DNA of 64,000 nt from Candidatus Omnitrophota bacterium (lineage in GTDB: Bacteria; Omnitrophota; Gorgyraeia; Zapsychrales; Fredricksoniimonadaceae): NCBI GenBank assembly GCA_903908245.1, contig CAIVRE010000033.1:18172-82171 (forward strand), read 5' to 3'. How positions within the stretch are numbered: position 1 is the first letter of the stretch; every line of letters starts with the position of its first letter. Shown piece after piece: positions 7,797-20,593 of the stretch. The notes under the pieces were generated by a model that ran no database searches, had not been told where the DNA came from, and was given only the letters and a program-made list of their open reading frames with translations. The position numbers were made by a program, and so were the translations under genes.

Positions 7797-10268
7797 TTAG
7801 GCCTCTTCCCCGCCCTCGTCCTCATCCTTCGCGATAACATTCGCGATCGACGACACCGTATCGTTCGCTTCCAGCGAAACAAGCCTGACGCCCATAGCGC
7901 TGCGGCCCGTTAAACGCACATCCTTTGGCATACAGCGGATAATAGCGCCCTGCTTGGTGACGGTCATGATCTCGTCATCTTCATGAACGGTCAAAACCCC
8001 AATAACCACGCCGTTCTTGTCGGCGCACTTGAAGTTAATGATCCCTTTGCCACCGCGCGACTGAATACGGTAATCCTCAAAATTCGACCGCTTCGCAAAA
8101 CCAAGAGATGAACATGTCAACAGCGTGTTCCCGGTCTTGCCAACATCCGGCGGGAATACGATCATCCCGACCACAATGTCATTTTTGGCCAAATTGATCC
8201 CGCGCACACCCATGGCCGAACGGCCGGTATCACGGATCTGGTCATCCAGGAACCGCAGGGACTGTCCCAGTTTCGTCGCCAGAAGGACATTCTGCTTCCC
8301 CTCAATGAGCGACACTCCGATCAGGTCGTCCCCTTTTTCCAGTGTGATCCCGATGATCCCGCCCTTGCGCGGATTACTGTAAGCCGACAACCGGGTCTTT
8401 TTAATGGTCCCCTTGGCTGTCGCCATGATAAGCGACTGTTCATCATTGAACTCCTTGACCGCAACAACCGCCCGGATGCTCTCGTCATTCGCGAACGACA
8501 ACAGGTTCACAATGGCCTTGCCCTTGGCCTGCCGCGAGGCAACAGGGATCTCGTAGACTTTAAGCCAGCGGACCATCCCCTTGTTGGAAAAGATCAGCAA
8601 ATAATCTTTGGACGAAGCCACAAAGAGGCGCTCCACAAAATCCTCTTCCTTGGTGGTCATGCCCATCACTCCCTTGCCGCCGCGCTTCTGTTTGCGGTAA
8701 GCATGCACCGGCGTACGTTTGATATAGCCGGTATTGGTGATCGTGATGGCCATGTCCTCGTCGGCGATCAGATCTTCCATCTCGATGTCTTCGGCCTTGC
8801 CGGCGATCTCGGTACGGCGCTCATCGCCGAATTTCAACCTCAGGTCCGCCAGCTCTTTTTTAATGATCGTATCCACTCTTTTCGGATCAGCCAGGATAGC
8901 GCGGTATTCATCGATCGCCTTAAGAAGGCCTTCATACTCCTCCTCGATCTTGTCGCGCTCGAGGCCTGTAAGCTTCTGCAGCTGCATTTCAAGGATAGCC
9001 TGCGCCTGGATCTCTGTCAGGCCGAACTTCTTGATCAGCGCCGTCTTCGCCTCGGGGGTTGACGGCGACTTGCGGATGACCGCAATGATCTCTTCAATAT
9101 TCTTAAGCGCAATGCGCAGCCCTTCGAGGATATGCGCACGGCGAAGAGCTTTGTCCAGGTCGAACTGCGTGCGGCGCCGCACCACGATACGCCGATGCTC
9201 GATATAATGCGCCATCAGTTGCTTTAAATTCAATACGCGCGGATTATTATTCACCAGTGCAAGATTAATAATGCCGAACGTGGTTTCCAGCTGTGTGTGT
9301 TTGAACAGATAATTCAGGACGATCTGCGCCTCAACATCCCGGCGCAATTCAATAACAACGCGAATACCGTCCTTGTCGGACTCGTCACGAATATCCGTAA
9401 TGCCGTCCACGCTCTTGTTCTGTACCAGGTCCGCAATATTCGCGACCAGATTGGCTTTATTGACCTGATACGGAAGCTCGGTAATAATGATGAAATCTTT
9501 GCCGTTCTTCTGCTGCTCAATGGCCGCACGTGCACGCAGGATGATCTTGCCGCGGCCGGTCGTATACGCGTCCTTGATCCCTTCCCGCCCGCAGATAATG
9601 CCCGCCGTCGGAAAATCCGGCCCTTTAACGAATTTGGTCAATTCCTTGATCTCACAGTCCGGATTTTCGATCAAATGAACGATCCCGTCCACGATCTCGT
9701 TCAAATTGTGCGGCGCCATGTTCGTCGCCATCCCGACCGCGATGCCGCTCGACCCGTTCACCAGCAGATTGGGCAATATCGCCGGCAGGATCACCGGTTC
9801 TTCCAGGGTGGAATCAAAATTCGGGGAATACTCCACGGTCCCTTTATCAATATCCGCGAGCACCGCTTCCGAAACGGCCGCCATCCTCGCCTCGGTATAA
9901 CGCATCGCCGCGGCTGAATCGCCGTCAATAGAGCCGAAGTTGCCCTGTCCGTCGATCAAAGGATACCGCAGCGAGAACTCCTGGACCATGCGCACCATCG
10001 TGTCATACACGGCAGAATCGCCGTGGGGATGATATTTACCCAACACTTCACCGACGATACGCGCGCTTTTCTTGTATGGCTTGCTGTGCTCGAGATGAAG
10101 CTCTTTCATCGCATAAAGGATGCGGCGGTGAACGGGCTTGAGCCCGTCGCGCACATCCGGCAGCGCGCGCCCGACAATAACGCTCATCGAGTACGCAAGA
10201 TAGGAACGCTTCATTTCCTCTTCAATAGGGACCGGAACGATCCGTTCTTTTTTTGTAAAATCTTTCAT
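7797..10268 (-). CDS. gyrA: DNA gyrase subunit A.
   Basis: 823 aa with the N-terminal GyrA signature ...[21 protein letters not shown]...[16 protein letters not shown]... and the C-terminal beta-pinwheel repeats. Confidence 0.95.
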   Translation of the reverse strand: MKDFTKKERIVPVPIEEEMKRSYLAYSMSVIVGRALPDVRDGLKPVHRRILYAMKELHLEHSKPYKKSARIVGEVLGKYHPHGDSAVYDTMVRMVQEFSLRYPLIDGQGNFGSIDGDSAAAMRYTEARMAAVSEAVLADIDKGTVEYSPNFDSTLEEPVILPAILPNLLVNGSSGIAVGMATNMAPHNLNEIVDGIVHLIENPDCEIKELTKFVKGPDFPTAGIICGREGIKDAYTTGRGKIILRARAAIEQQKNGKDFIIITELPYQVNKANLVANIADLVQNKSVDGITDIRDESDKDGIRVVIELRRDVEAQIVLNYLFKHTQLETTFGIINLALVNNNPRVLNLKQLMAHYIEHRRIVVRRRTQFDLDKALRRAHILEGLRIALKNIEEIIAVIRKSPSTPEAKTALIKKFGLTEIQAQAILEMQLQKLTGLERDKIEEEYEGLLKAIDEYRAILADPKRVDTIIKKELADLRLKFGDERRTEIAGKAEDIEMEDLIADEDMAITITNTGYIKRTPVHAYRKQKRGGKGVMGMTTKEEDFVERLFVASSKDYLLIFSNKGMVRWLKVYEIPVASRQAKGKAIVNLLSFANDESIRAVVAVKEFNDEQSLIMATAKGTIKKTRLSAYSNPRKGGIIGITLEKGDDLIGVSLIEGKQNVLLATKLGQSLRFLDDQIRDTGRSAMGVRGINLAKNDIVVGMIVFPPDVGKTGNTLLTCSSLGFAKRSNFEDYRIQSRGGKGIINFKCADKNGVVIGVLTVHEDDEIMTVTKQGAIIRCMPKDVRLTGRSAMGVRLVSLEANDTVSSIANVIAKDEDEGGEEA

Positions 10269-10357
10269 GTTAATTCTTCCTTATTATTATCGGCTCGGGA
10301 CACATAGAATTTTCACCAACGTTTACGCTGGAAAATTCAATATGTCCCGCGCACTGC

Positions 10358-13074
<2,717 letters not shown>

Positions 13075-13078
13075 GCGA

Positions 13079-14167
13079 TTATAATCTCATAGGTAAAGCC
13101 AAATATAAATAATTTTCTTTACGAATTACACAGGGCTTGTCCGTTCCCAAAAATTCAATGTCGATCGATTCGTCATTGGTATTTTTAAGCACCTCGATCA
13201 TATATTGCGGATTGAACCCGATCACCATTTCCGGCCCGCTATGAACGATCTTGATCTCTTCGCGCGATTCTCCCACATCCGGTGTTGTTTTGGAAACGAT
13301 CAGCTTGTCCTGAAAAACCTCGAATTTGATCGCCTGAAAATCCGGCGTGGCCAGTAAATTGGCCCGGCGGATAGCCGCCAGGAATTCCTGTGTATTCAAA
13401 TTGATCTTGGGGGCTGTCATTTTCGGGATGACCTGTAAATAATTCGGAAAATCTCCTTCAATGATCCTGGTAGCGATCATGACCCCGTTAATATCGAACA
13501 ATACCTGATTGGCGCCCCCCACAAAGATCACTTCCCCGTCATCTTTTAAATTCCGGTTGATCTCGTTCACCGCCTTGATCGGCAAAATGACGGAAACGTC
13601 TTTAGTGACCGCCTGGATCAGCGGTTTTTCGATCTTGGCCAAACGCCTGCCATCTGTTGCCACCAGCCGGAGAATATCTTTTTGTACTTCCATTAAAACT
13701 CCGTTTAATACATACCGGGATTCCTCATGGGATACGGCAAATGATGTTAAACGGAACATTTCCTTGAGATCCGCCTGTTTAACACGGATGATCTCTTTAT
13801 CCTTGAATTCAGGGAATTTGGGGAATTCTTCTTTAGGCAATCCTAATAATTTGATCCGGCAATTTTTTCCTTCGATCTCGATCTGATTATTTTTACGTGC
13901 ATGAATAATAATATCTCCGGAAGGTAATTCACGGATCACCTCCGAAAATCTTTTGGCAGGGATCGTGATCGCTCCATCCGTAATAATATTGACCGGGATC
14001 TCGCAGGAAATACCAATATCAAGGTCTGTAGTATACAAACGTAAAGTATCTTTTTTTGTTTCCAGCAGCATATTGGATAAAATAGGCAATGTTGCTTTTG
14101 GAGAAACAACATTTTGAACGATCTGGATACCGCTTAACAGGTCATCTTTGGAAAGTTTCACTTGCAT
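13079..14167 (-). CDS. dnaN: DNA polymerase III beta sliding clamp.
   Basis: 362 aa, MQVKLSKDDLLSGIQIVQNVVSPKATLPILSNMLLE..., three-domain clamp architecture immediately downstream of dnaA. Confidence 0.9.
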   Translation of the reverse strand: MQVKLSKDDLLSGIQIVQNVVSPKATLPILSNMLLETKKDTLRLYTTDLDIGISCEIPVNIITDGAITIPAKRFSEVIRELPSGDIIIHARKNNQIEIEGKNCRIKLLGLPKEEFPKFPEFKDKEIIRVKQADLKEMFRLTSFAVSHEESRYVLNGVLMEVQKDILRLVATDGRRLAKIEKPLIQAVTKDVSVILPIKAVNEINRNLKDDGEVIFVGGANQVLFDINGVMIATRIIEGDFPNYLQVIPKMTAPKINLNTQEFLAAIRRANLLATPDFQAIKFEVFQDKLIVSKTTPDVGESREEIKIVHSGPEMVIGFNPQYMIEVLKNTNDESIDIEFLGTDKPCVIRKENYLYLALPMRL

Positions 14168-14230
14168 ACGTTAACACTCCCGGTTTACTTCTATTTTTAT
14201 ATAAAAAATCAGTAATAGTAACAGTAGGCC

Positions 14231-14239
14231 TGTGGATAA
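14231..14239 (-). promoter_or_regulatory. DnaA box (TTATCCACA, here on the minus strand) in the dnaA-dnaN intergenic region.
   Basis: TGTGGATAA at 14231-14239 is the exact consensus 9-mer. Confidence 0.55.
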
Positions 14240-14319
14240 TTCTAATAAAAACAAAAACAATTGTAAATACTGTACTTAGGGACAATTGGCTTGTTACTGG
14301 AACAATAGTATCCCGTGTA

Positions 14320-15663
14320 TTACTGGTTTAATATCTGGAACAACTTTTCTATACTATATTTAATTTCAGCAGAATTGTTAATATCTTCTTCGATTTTTTT
14401 ATAAGAATGCATAACTGTTGTGTGGTCTTTTCCAAAAGCGTTGCCGATCTCCGGCAATGAATGACGGGTCAATTTCCGGATCAGATACATGGCGATCTGC
14501 CTTGGAAGCGCGATGTTTTGGGTCCGTTTCTTGGATTTCAGGTCATTGATCGTGATCTTGTAGTGTTCGGCAACAACTTGCTGGATCATTTCAACGCTGA
14601 CGATCTTGATACTGCCCTGGATCATGTCTTTTAGAACGGTTTTGGCCAGGTTCAGGGAAACCGGCTTTTCCTCTAATAAGGAGCTGGCGACCACGCGGAT
14701 CATTGCGCCTTCCAGTTCTCGGATGTTGGTTTTGATCTGTTCCGCGATAAAATAAATAATATCATCGGGGACTTTGACTTTTTCCAGTTCGGTTTTTTTA
14801 CGCAGGATCGCGACCCGTGTTTCCAGGTCCGGCGGTTGAATGTCTGTTGTCAGCCCCCAGCAGAAGCGCGTGACAAGGCGGTCTTCGATCCCTGAAAGTT
14901 CTTTGGGCGGACGGTCGGAAGAAATAATGATCTGTTTATGGTTGTTATGGAGGTCATTGAACGTATGAAAGAATTCTTCCTGCATGGTCGGGCTTTTGGA
15001 AATGAACTGGATATCATCGATCAGAAGAACGTCGATATGACGGAATTTTTTCCGGAAGGCGCCGGTGGATTTGTTCTGAATGGCGCCGATCAGCTCGTTG
15101 GCGAATTGTTCGGATGAAACATAGGCACAGGTTTTATCGTTGGTTTCAAGGATGTAGTTGGCGATGGACTGCATCAGGTGGGTTTTTCCCAGCCCGGATT
15201 GTCCGTAGATAAAAAGGGGATTATAGGCTTTGGCCGGGTCATTGGCGACCGCCCGGCTGGCCGCGTAGGCCATGCGGTTGGAATTCCCGACGACAAAATT
15301 ATTGAAGGTAAAGCGTGGCTGCAGGTTCAGCGTTCTGGTCTTTTTGGCGGCGGCGTATTCAGGGGTGCTGGCCGTTGTTACGGCGGAAGGCCTCTCCCCT
15401 GCCGCGCAGAGCAGGTCTTTTCTTATGTGGATATCAACAACAATATTCCTGCCGGTTTCTTCACGCAACGCGGCGCCAATGATATCCAGGTAATGTTCGA
15501 CCATCCAGTTCTTGAAAAATTCGTCGGGCGTGATGAGGACAAGATGGTCCTGGGCCTGTTCCGCGATATTCAGGTGAACGAACCATGTTGTATAGGCATG
15601 GTCACCTATTTTTGTTTTGATCGAAGATTGGGCATTTTGCCATGCCTGGAGCAAGCTCGTCAT
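14320..15663 (-). CDS. dnaA: Chromosomal replication initiator DnaA.
   Basis: 447 aa with an AAA+ domain (GQSGLGKTHLMQSIANY Walker A, LLIDDIQF Walker B) and the C-terminal DNA-binding domain ...IAMYLIRKLTRHSLPEIGNAFG.KDHTTVMHS. Confidence 0.95.
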   Translation of the reverse strand: MTSLLQAWQNAQSSIKTKIGDHAYTTWFVHLNIAEQAQDHLVLITPDEFFKNWMVEHYLDIIGAALREETGRNIVVDIHIRKDLLCAAGERPSAVTTASTPEYAAAKKTRTLNLQPRFTFNNFVVGNSNRMAYAASRAVANDPAKAYNPLFIYGQSGLGKTHLMQSIANYILETNDKTCAYVSSEQFANELIGAIQNKSTGAFRKKFRHIDVLLIDDIQFISKSPTMQEEFFHTFNDLHNNHKQIIISSDRPPKELSGIEDRLVTRFCWGLTTDIQPPDLETRVAILRKKTELEKVKVPDDIIYFIAEQIKTNIRELEGAMIRVVASSLLEEKPVSLNLAKTVLKDMIQGSIKIVSVEMIQQVVAEHYKITINDLKSKKRTQNIALPRQIAMYLIRKLTRHSLPEIGNAFGKDHTTVMHSYKKIEEDINNSAEIKYSIEKLFQILNQ

Positions 15664-16000
15664 AGGGTCCGTCTGGGTGTGGAATACTGTAGAGATACAA
15701 ACTGTTTAAAACAAACAACTTAGGTCTTAGAGCAATTCTTCTTAACAGGTTATCCACAGCCAAGAGTTCTTATTATCATGTCCATCTTGTGCTGTATGAG
15801 GAGAATATCCGGCCTCCCCGAGAATGGTGGTCATTATAACAAAGCACTCTTTGAATGCAACTTTAATTTTTTTGGCGCTTTTCTTTTGACGGGTGTCAAG
15901 GCGGACTGGGCCTGTTTCCGGCCGCTAGAAAGCTGTCCTGTTTTTTCAGGCAAGGCCTCGTCGATTTTTTAAAAACTTTTAAGGTTGCGAAGCTTGCTTG
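15664..16000. promoter_or_regulatory. Probable oriC: the dnaA upstream region with a consensus DnaA box and an AT-rich unwinding element, at the point where gene orientation switches from minus to plus.
   Basis: TTATCCACA at 15749-15757. The AT-rich tract is ...CAACTTTAATTTTTTTGGCGCTTTTCTTTTGAC... Every gene to the left is on the minus strand and every gene to the right is on the plus strand. Confidence 0.6.
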
Positions 16001-16030
16001 ACTTCCCAAAAACCTATGTTATAATTTCCA
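16000..16030 (+). promoter_or_regulatory. Promoter of the rpmH operon.
   Basis: CTTGACT, 17 nt spacer, TATAAT, ending about 5 nt upstream of the rpmH RBS region. Confidence 0.55.
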
Positions 16031-16034
16031 AATT

Positions 16035-16172
16035 ATGAAAAAGACCTTAAAGACTCCTACAAAGATCAAGGGTAAAAAGATACACGGGTTTCGCAAGCGG
16101 ATGTCGACCGCTGACGGGCGTAAAGTCCTTCAGAGCCGTCGCGCCAAGGGCCGTAAACGTTTGACGAAGTGA
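16035..16172 (+). CDS. rpmH: 50S ribosomal protein L34.
   Basis: Hand translation gives [45 protein letters not shown], 45 aa. It is too short for the supplied ORF track. Confidence 0.9.
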   Translation: MKKTLKTPTKIKGKKIHGFRKRMSTADGRKVLQSRRAKGRKRLTK

Positions 16173-16269
16173 CCCTTTGTTCGATCGGCGTATTAACATT
16201 GTTTTTTCATGTTGATAATTCCGGTCGGGCTGTTTGGCATTCGTTTAAATTAACAGGCTTTATTGGTGT

Positions 16270-16479
16270 ATGATGTGGATACTGACGCGGCTTATCTTTG
16301 TTTATCAAGGCGTAAGCCGTTTTTTTCTGCCTAAAGCCTGCCGTTTTCATCCTTCTTGTTCCCAGTATGCTGTTGAGGCGCTTCAAAAGCATGGGGTTAT
16401 TAAGGGGTTGTGGATGTCTATATGCCGCATTTGCCGTTGTTCACCGTTAACTAAAGGCGGGTATGATCCCGTAAGGTAG
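16270..16479 (+). CDS. yidD: Membrane protein insertion efficiency factor YidD.
   Basis: 69 aa ...[19 protein letters not shown]...G.DPV. Confidence 0.85.
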   Translation: MMWILTRLIFVYQGVSRFFLPKACRFHPSCSQYAVEALQKHGVIKGLWMSICRICRCSPLTKGGYDPVR

Positions 16480-16485
16480 TAATTT

Positions 16486-18075
16486 ATGGAAAAAAGACTT
16501 TTTTTAGCTGTTGGGCTTTCATTGTTGGTTGTTTTTGTTTTTCAGTCATTTTTTTCTCCAAAAAACGTCAGAGTTGCCACTGTTCAAACAACGGCTATTG
16601 GCAGTGAAGAAGGTCGTTTCCCCTCGATATCTTCGAAATTATCATCGGATGGCGCAGCTGAAAAGCTGGATTTTAAGCCGGAAACATTCTCTGTTAACGC
16701 GGGAAAGTTCAATTTTGAAGTGTCTAATAATGGTGGATCCATTACAAATATTTATTTAAATGATTATAAATATCATTTTCCTATTAAAGGTTTAGCTGAT
16801 ATTAAAGCTTTTCAGGGAATGCCGTTCTCTTATATAGATACTGGAAGCGCATCGTTTTCTTTAGTATCTAAGGATAAAAATCTGGATATTGAAAAAAGTG
16901 TTTCTGTAAAAAATTATAATATAGTCATTAAGTATAAGATCAACAATATTTCAAATGTTGTTCAAAACATTGAACTTACAGCGAAACCATTCGACATAGA
17001 TTTGTCCAGACTGGACATTAATGTTCTGAAATCAGATTGGACATTATTTGAATATTCTTTTAAAACTGACAAAAAAGTTGAAAGAAAAGAACATGTTAAT
17101 AATTTTAATGAAAAATGGAATAAAGAAGAATCAAAGATTTTTGATTGGATGGCCTTTAGAGATCGCTATTTTGTAACAATTGTAGAACCCAAAGAGTCCT
17201 TTAAAGGATATAGTTCAAAATATGTTGGAGATAAAGAGCTTTCTTTTTTAGCAACGCTGCCTTCATTAAGTATTCAGCCAGGAAAAGTAGAGGAGTATTC
17301 GTTTACGGTTTTTTGCGGACCGCAAAAGCTTGATATTTTAAAAGAAGCGAATCCTGGTTTTGAAAAAGTGATGGTTTTTAGCAGCTGGGGATGGCTGGAC
17401 ATGATCGCAAAGGGCATTTATTGGGTTTTGGGTGCAATTCATAAGATATTGCCAATTTGGGGGTTATGTATTATTTTTGTTAGTCTTCTTGTTTATGGCG
17501 CTATGTATCCGTTGACGTTAAAAAGTATGATGTCAATGAAAAAGATGCAAGCTCTTCAACCAAAAATGACACAACTTAAAGAAAAATATAAAGATAATGC
17601 TGAAAAGTTGAATAAGGAGATCGTGGAGCTTTATCGGGTTAACAATGTTAATCCGGTTAGCGGCTGTTTGCCAATGTTGCTTCAAATGCCAATATTTGTT
17701 GGTCTTTATCAAGTGTTGTGGCGCTCTATTTATTTTAGGGGAGAGCCTTTTTTGTGGATGAAAGATCTTTCTATGCCGGATCATTTGGTTAAATTTCCAA
17801 TAACTATCCCTTTTCTTGGGGAATATTTTAATTTATTACCACTTTTGATGATGGGCATTATGTTGTTGCAACAAATGATCACGATCAAGAATTCCGTCGG
17901 AGGAGATCCGGAGCAGCAGCAACAACAAAAAATGATGGCGATCTTTATGCCTATAATGCTTGGTGTTATGTTTTATAATTTCGCCAGCGGGCTTAATTTG
18001 TATTTTGTTGTTTTTTATTCCCTTTCAGCTTTGAGTCAGTGGAATATTACACGAGATATTAAAGCGACGGTTTAA
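16486..18075 (+). CDS. yidC: Membrane protein insertase YidC.
   Basis: 529 aa with an N-terminal TM helix, a periplasmic domain, and the conserved C-terminal 5-TM core (...NPVSGCLPMLLQMPIF.GLY...). Confidence 0.9.
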   Translation: MEKRLFLAVGLSLLVVFVFQSFFSPKNVRVATVQTTAIGSEEGRFPSISSKLSSDGAAEKLDFKPETFSVNAGKFNFEVSNNGGSITNIYLNDYKYHFPIKGLADIKAFQGMPFSYIDTGSASFSLVSKDKNLDIEKSVSVKNYNIVIKYKINNISNVVQNIELTAKPFDIDLSRLDINVLKSDWTLFEYSFKTDKKVERKEHVNNFNEKWNKEESKIFDWMAFRDRYFVTIVEPKESFKGYSSKYVGDKELSFLATLPSLSIQPGKVEEYSFTVFCGPQKLDILKEANPGFEKVMVFSSWGWLDMIAKGIYWVLGAIHKILPIWGLCIIFVSLLVYGAMYPLTLKSMMSMKKMQALQPKMTQLKEKYKDNAEKLNKEIVELYRVNNVNPVSGCLPMLLQMPIFVGLYQVLWRSIYFRGEPFLWMKDLSMPDHLVKFPITIPFLGEYFNLLPLLMMGIMLLQQMITIKNSVGGDPEQQQQQKMMAIFMPIMLGVMFYNFASGLNLYFVVFYSLSALSQWNITRDIKATV

Positions 18076-18076
18076 A

Positions 18077-18274
18077 ATGACATTACAGCAAAAGAGTCAG
18101 GAGTTCGAAGGAAGCACCGTCGATGAGGCTATAAAAAAAGCGATCAGTTCTATGGGTGTTTCACGTGAAAATTTGAATATTAAGATCGTTTGTGAAGAAA
18201 AAAAGGGTCTTTTCGGAATGCAGGGGGCAAGTCCGGCCAAGATCAAAGTGTCAAAAAAAGAAAAAAAGAGTTAA
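18077..18274 (+). CDS. Jag_N-domain-only protein: a truncated Jag/KhpB homolog lacking the KH and R3H domains.
   Basis: 65 aa, ...EGSTVDEAIKKAISSMGVSRENLNIKIV.EEKKGLFGMQGASPAKIKV... matches the Jag N-terminal domain. It is followed directly by intergenic sequence and parA. Confidence 0.55.
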   Translation: MTLQQKSQEFEGSTVDEAIKKAISSMGVSRENLNIKIVCEEKKGLFGMQGASPAKIKVSKKEKKS

Positions 18275-18302
18275 GTTCGTCATTATTGTGATATAGTGAT
18301 TT

Positions 18303-18318
18303 TGTTTCATGTGAAACG
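18303..18318. promoter_or_regulatory. parS-like centromere site.
   Basis: TGTTTCATGTGAAACG matches the consensus TGTTTCACGTGAAACA at 14 of 16 positions. It lies about 40 nt upstream of parA. Confidence 0.5.
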
Positions 18319-18356
18319 ATATCAAAGCGTCAGAGATCCTGGAAGAATAGATCTTA

Positions 18357-19121
18357 ATGCCTAAAACAATCGCAATATGTAATCAAAAAGGCGGAACAGG
18401 AAAGACCACAACGTCGGTCAATCTTTCCGCTGCTTTGGCTGATCTTGGAAAGAAAATCCTTCTTGTTGATATGGACCCGCAAGGCAACGCTACAAGCGGG
18501 GTAGGTATTAATAAGAACGAGATCAACAATTCCGCATATGAAGTTCTTCTTAATAAAATCAACGCCAGACAGGCAATAGTAAAAACAGCCATTGCAGGGC
18601 TTGATCTTATTCCGTGTAATATTCATTTGACCGGAGCAGAGATCGAGCTTGTAGGCGTACTTTCTCGCGAAAACAGATTGAAAAAGGCTTTGGCCGAGAT
18701 CAAGGCAGATTATGATTTTTTGATCATGGATTCTCCGCCGTCTCTTGGGCTTTTAACGCTCAATTCATTGGTTGCCGCAGATTCGATCTTAATTCCTATT
18801 CAATGTGAGTTCTATGCTCTTGAAGGCGTCTCCCAGTTATTGAACACAATAACATTGATCCGGGATGGATTAAATCCAGGGTTAGCGGTGGAGGGGGTTT
18901 TGATGACAATGGCGGATTTTAGAACAAATTTGACCGTTGAAGTTATTAATGAAATTAAAAATTATTTTAAAGAAAAAGTATATCAGACGATCATTCCGCG
19001 CAATATTCGGTTGAGTGAAGCGCCGAGCCATGGTAAGCCGATCAATCGTTATGATAGTGTATCGATCGGGTCTAAAAAATATGCGGAGCTGGCGATTGAA
19101 TTATTAAAAAATAATATCTAA
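18357..19121 (+). CDS. parA: Chromosome partitioning ATPase ParA/Soj.
   Basis: 254 aa, ...IAICNQKGGTGKTTTSVNLSAALA..., deviant Walker A. Confidence 0.9.
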   Translation: MPKTIAICNQKGGTGKTTTSVNLSAALADLGKKILLVDMDPQGNATSGVGINKNEINNSAYEVLLNKINARQAIVKTAIAGLDLIPCNIHLTGAEIELVGVLSRENRLKKALAEIKADYDFLIMDSPPSLGLLTLNSLVAADSILIPIQCEFYALEGVSQLLNTITLIRDGLNPGLAVEGVLMTMADFRTNLTVEVINEIKNYFKEKVYQTIIPRNIRLSEAPSHGKPINRYDSVSIGSKKYAELAIELLKNNI

Positions 19122-19226
19122 TTGTAATAGCTGGTTATAATGTGTAGTGGCTGGTTCTAAACCAGCCATTTAATAGCACAAAACAAACACAAGTCATTTA
19201 ATTTCAACAGTTTAAGGAAAAACAAT

Positions 19227-20102
19227 ATGGCGTTAGGCAAAGGGCTTTCAGCCCTGATCCCCGATAAAGTAAAGTCGATCGATTTGTCTGCTTCTGTTGC
19301 CCGGGTGTCTGTGGAGGGAGTATCTTTCGAACTTGAGGTCAAGAGCATTTCGGATAATCGTTTTCAGCCGCGTCAGGCGTATGATGAGTCCAGGCTTGAT
19401 GAATTAGCGGCATCGATCAAGGAAAAAGGCTTGATCCAGCCCATTGTGGTGCGCAAGGCTGCCAATGGCTATGAAGTGGTGGCGGGTGAACGTCGATTAC
19501 GGGCTGCGCGCAAGATCGGCCTTGAAAAGATCCCTGTTGTGGTGAGGGATGTGAGCGATAAAGAGGCAATGGTATTGGCGCTGGTTGAAAATATTCAGCG
19601 CGAGGAGCTTAATCCTGTGGAAAAGGCGGAAACATACCGCCGGTTGATCGACGAGTTCGGGTATAGCCAGGAAGAAGTGGCGCGCAGCGTCGGAAAAGAT
19701 CGTGTGACCATTGCGAACTTGTTGCGCCTGCTTAAGCTGCCTAAAGAAATACTGCAGGGTGTTTTTGAAGGAAAAATATCCGAAGGTCATGCCCGGGCCA
19801 TTTTGTCTGTCGAGAGCGATAATGCAAAAATGCTTTTATATCTGGAAACGGTCCAGAAAGGGTTTTCTGTCCGCGAGGTCGAGGAGCGGGCAAAAGCGGC
19901 GGTGTCACCGGGGAAGAAGGATGGGCGCAAATCAAAGCTCAAGGCCAGGGACCCGGAGGTGATGAAGCTGGAGGAAGAGCTTCGCCTTGCGTTGGGCACA
20001 AAAGTGGAAGTGATCAACAGCCGCAATAATAAAGGCCGGGTTGTTATTGAATATTATTCGCTCGATGACCTTGACCGTATTCTGGGAGTTATCAGAAAAT
20101 GA
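19227..20102 (+). CDS. parB: Chromosome partitioning protein ParB/Spo0J.
   Basis: 291 aa, ...GLIQPIVVRK...GYEVVAGERRLRAA... ParB box and HTH. Confidence 0.9.
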   Translation: MALGKGLSALIPDKVKSIDLSASVARVSVEGVSFELEVKSISDNRFQPRQAYDESRLDELAASIKEKGLIQPIVVRKAANGYEVVAGERRLRAARKIGLEKIPVVVRDVSDKEAMVLALVENIQREELNPVEKAETYRRLIDEFGYSQEEVARSVGKDRVTIANLLRLLKLPKEILQGVFEGKISEGHARAILSVESDNAKMLLYLETVQKGFSVREVEERAKAAVSPGKKDGRKSKLKARDPEVMKLEEELRLALGTKVEVINSRNNKGRVVIEYYSLDDLDRILGVIRK

Positions 20103-20593
20103 CCGAACATATCTTGGTGATCATTAAGCCCGACGGGATGCTCAAGGGGCACGCGGGGCATGTGCTGGCCCGGTTTGAGGAGACCGATCTTGTCCTGGTC
20201 GGGGGGCGTGTGGTTAAAGTGACCCGAACGCTTGCCGAGACCCATTACGCGCATTTGAAGGACAAGCCGTTCTTTGCGGAGCTGATCCGTTTTCTGATGG
20301 GGGAATTTCATGACAATCATGATATGGTTTTGGCCCTGGTCTTTAGCGGAGACGATGCGGTCAAACAAGGTCGCGCGATCGCCGGGGCCACGAATCCCGA
20401 GCTGGCGGAGCCGCACTCTATCCGCGGCAGCCTTGGGCGTGTGACGACCAAGGGCGTTTTCGAGAATGTGATCCACGTTTCGTCCGATCCTGTTGAGGGA
20501 GAACGGGAGATCAAGCTTTGGTTTGCGCCGGATGAGGTGGCCAGGGAGATCTTCCCGGTAAAAAACATTAATGGAAGGAAAGAGTGGTTATGA
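20099..20593 (+). CDS. ndk: Nucleoside diphosphate kinase.
   Basis: 164 aa, ...ILVIIKPDG...HY..LKDKPFF.EL..F...GATNP..A.P.SIRG... with the NDK active-site His region NVIHVSSD. Confidence 0.8.
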   Translation: MTEHILVIIKPDGMLKGHAGHVLARFEETDLVLVGGRVVKVTRTLAETHYAHLKDKPFFAELIRFLMGEFHDNHDMVLALVFSGDDAVKQGRAIAGATNPELAEPHSIRGSLGRVTTKGVFENVIHVSSDPVEGEREIKLWFAPDEVAREIFPVKNINGRKEWL

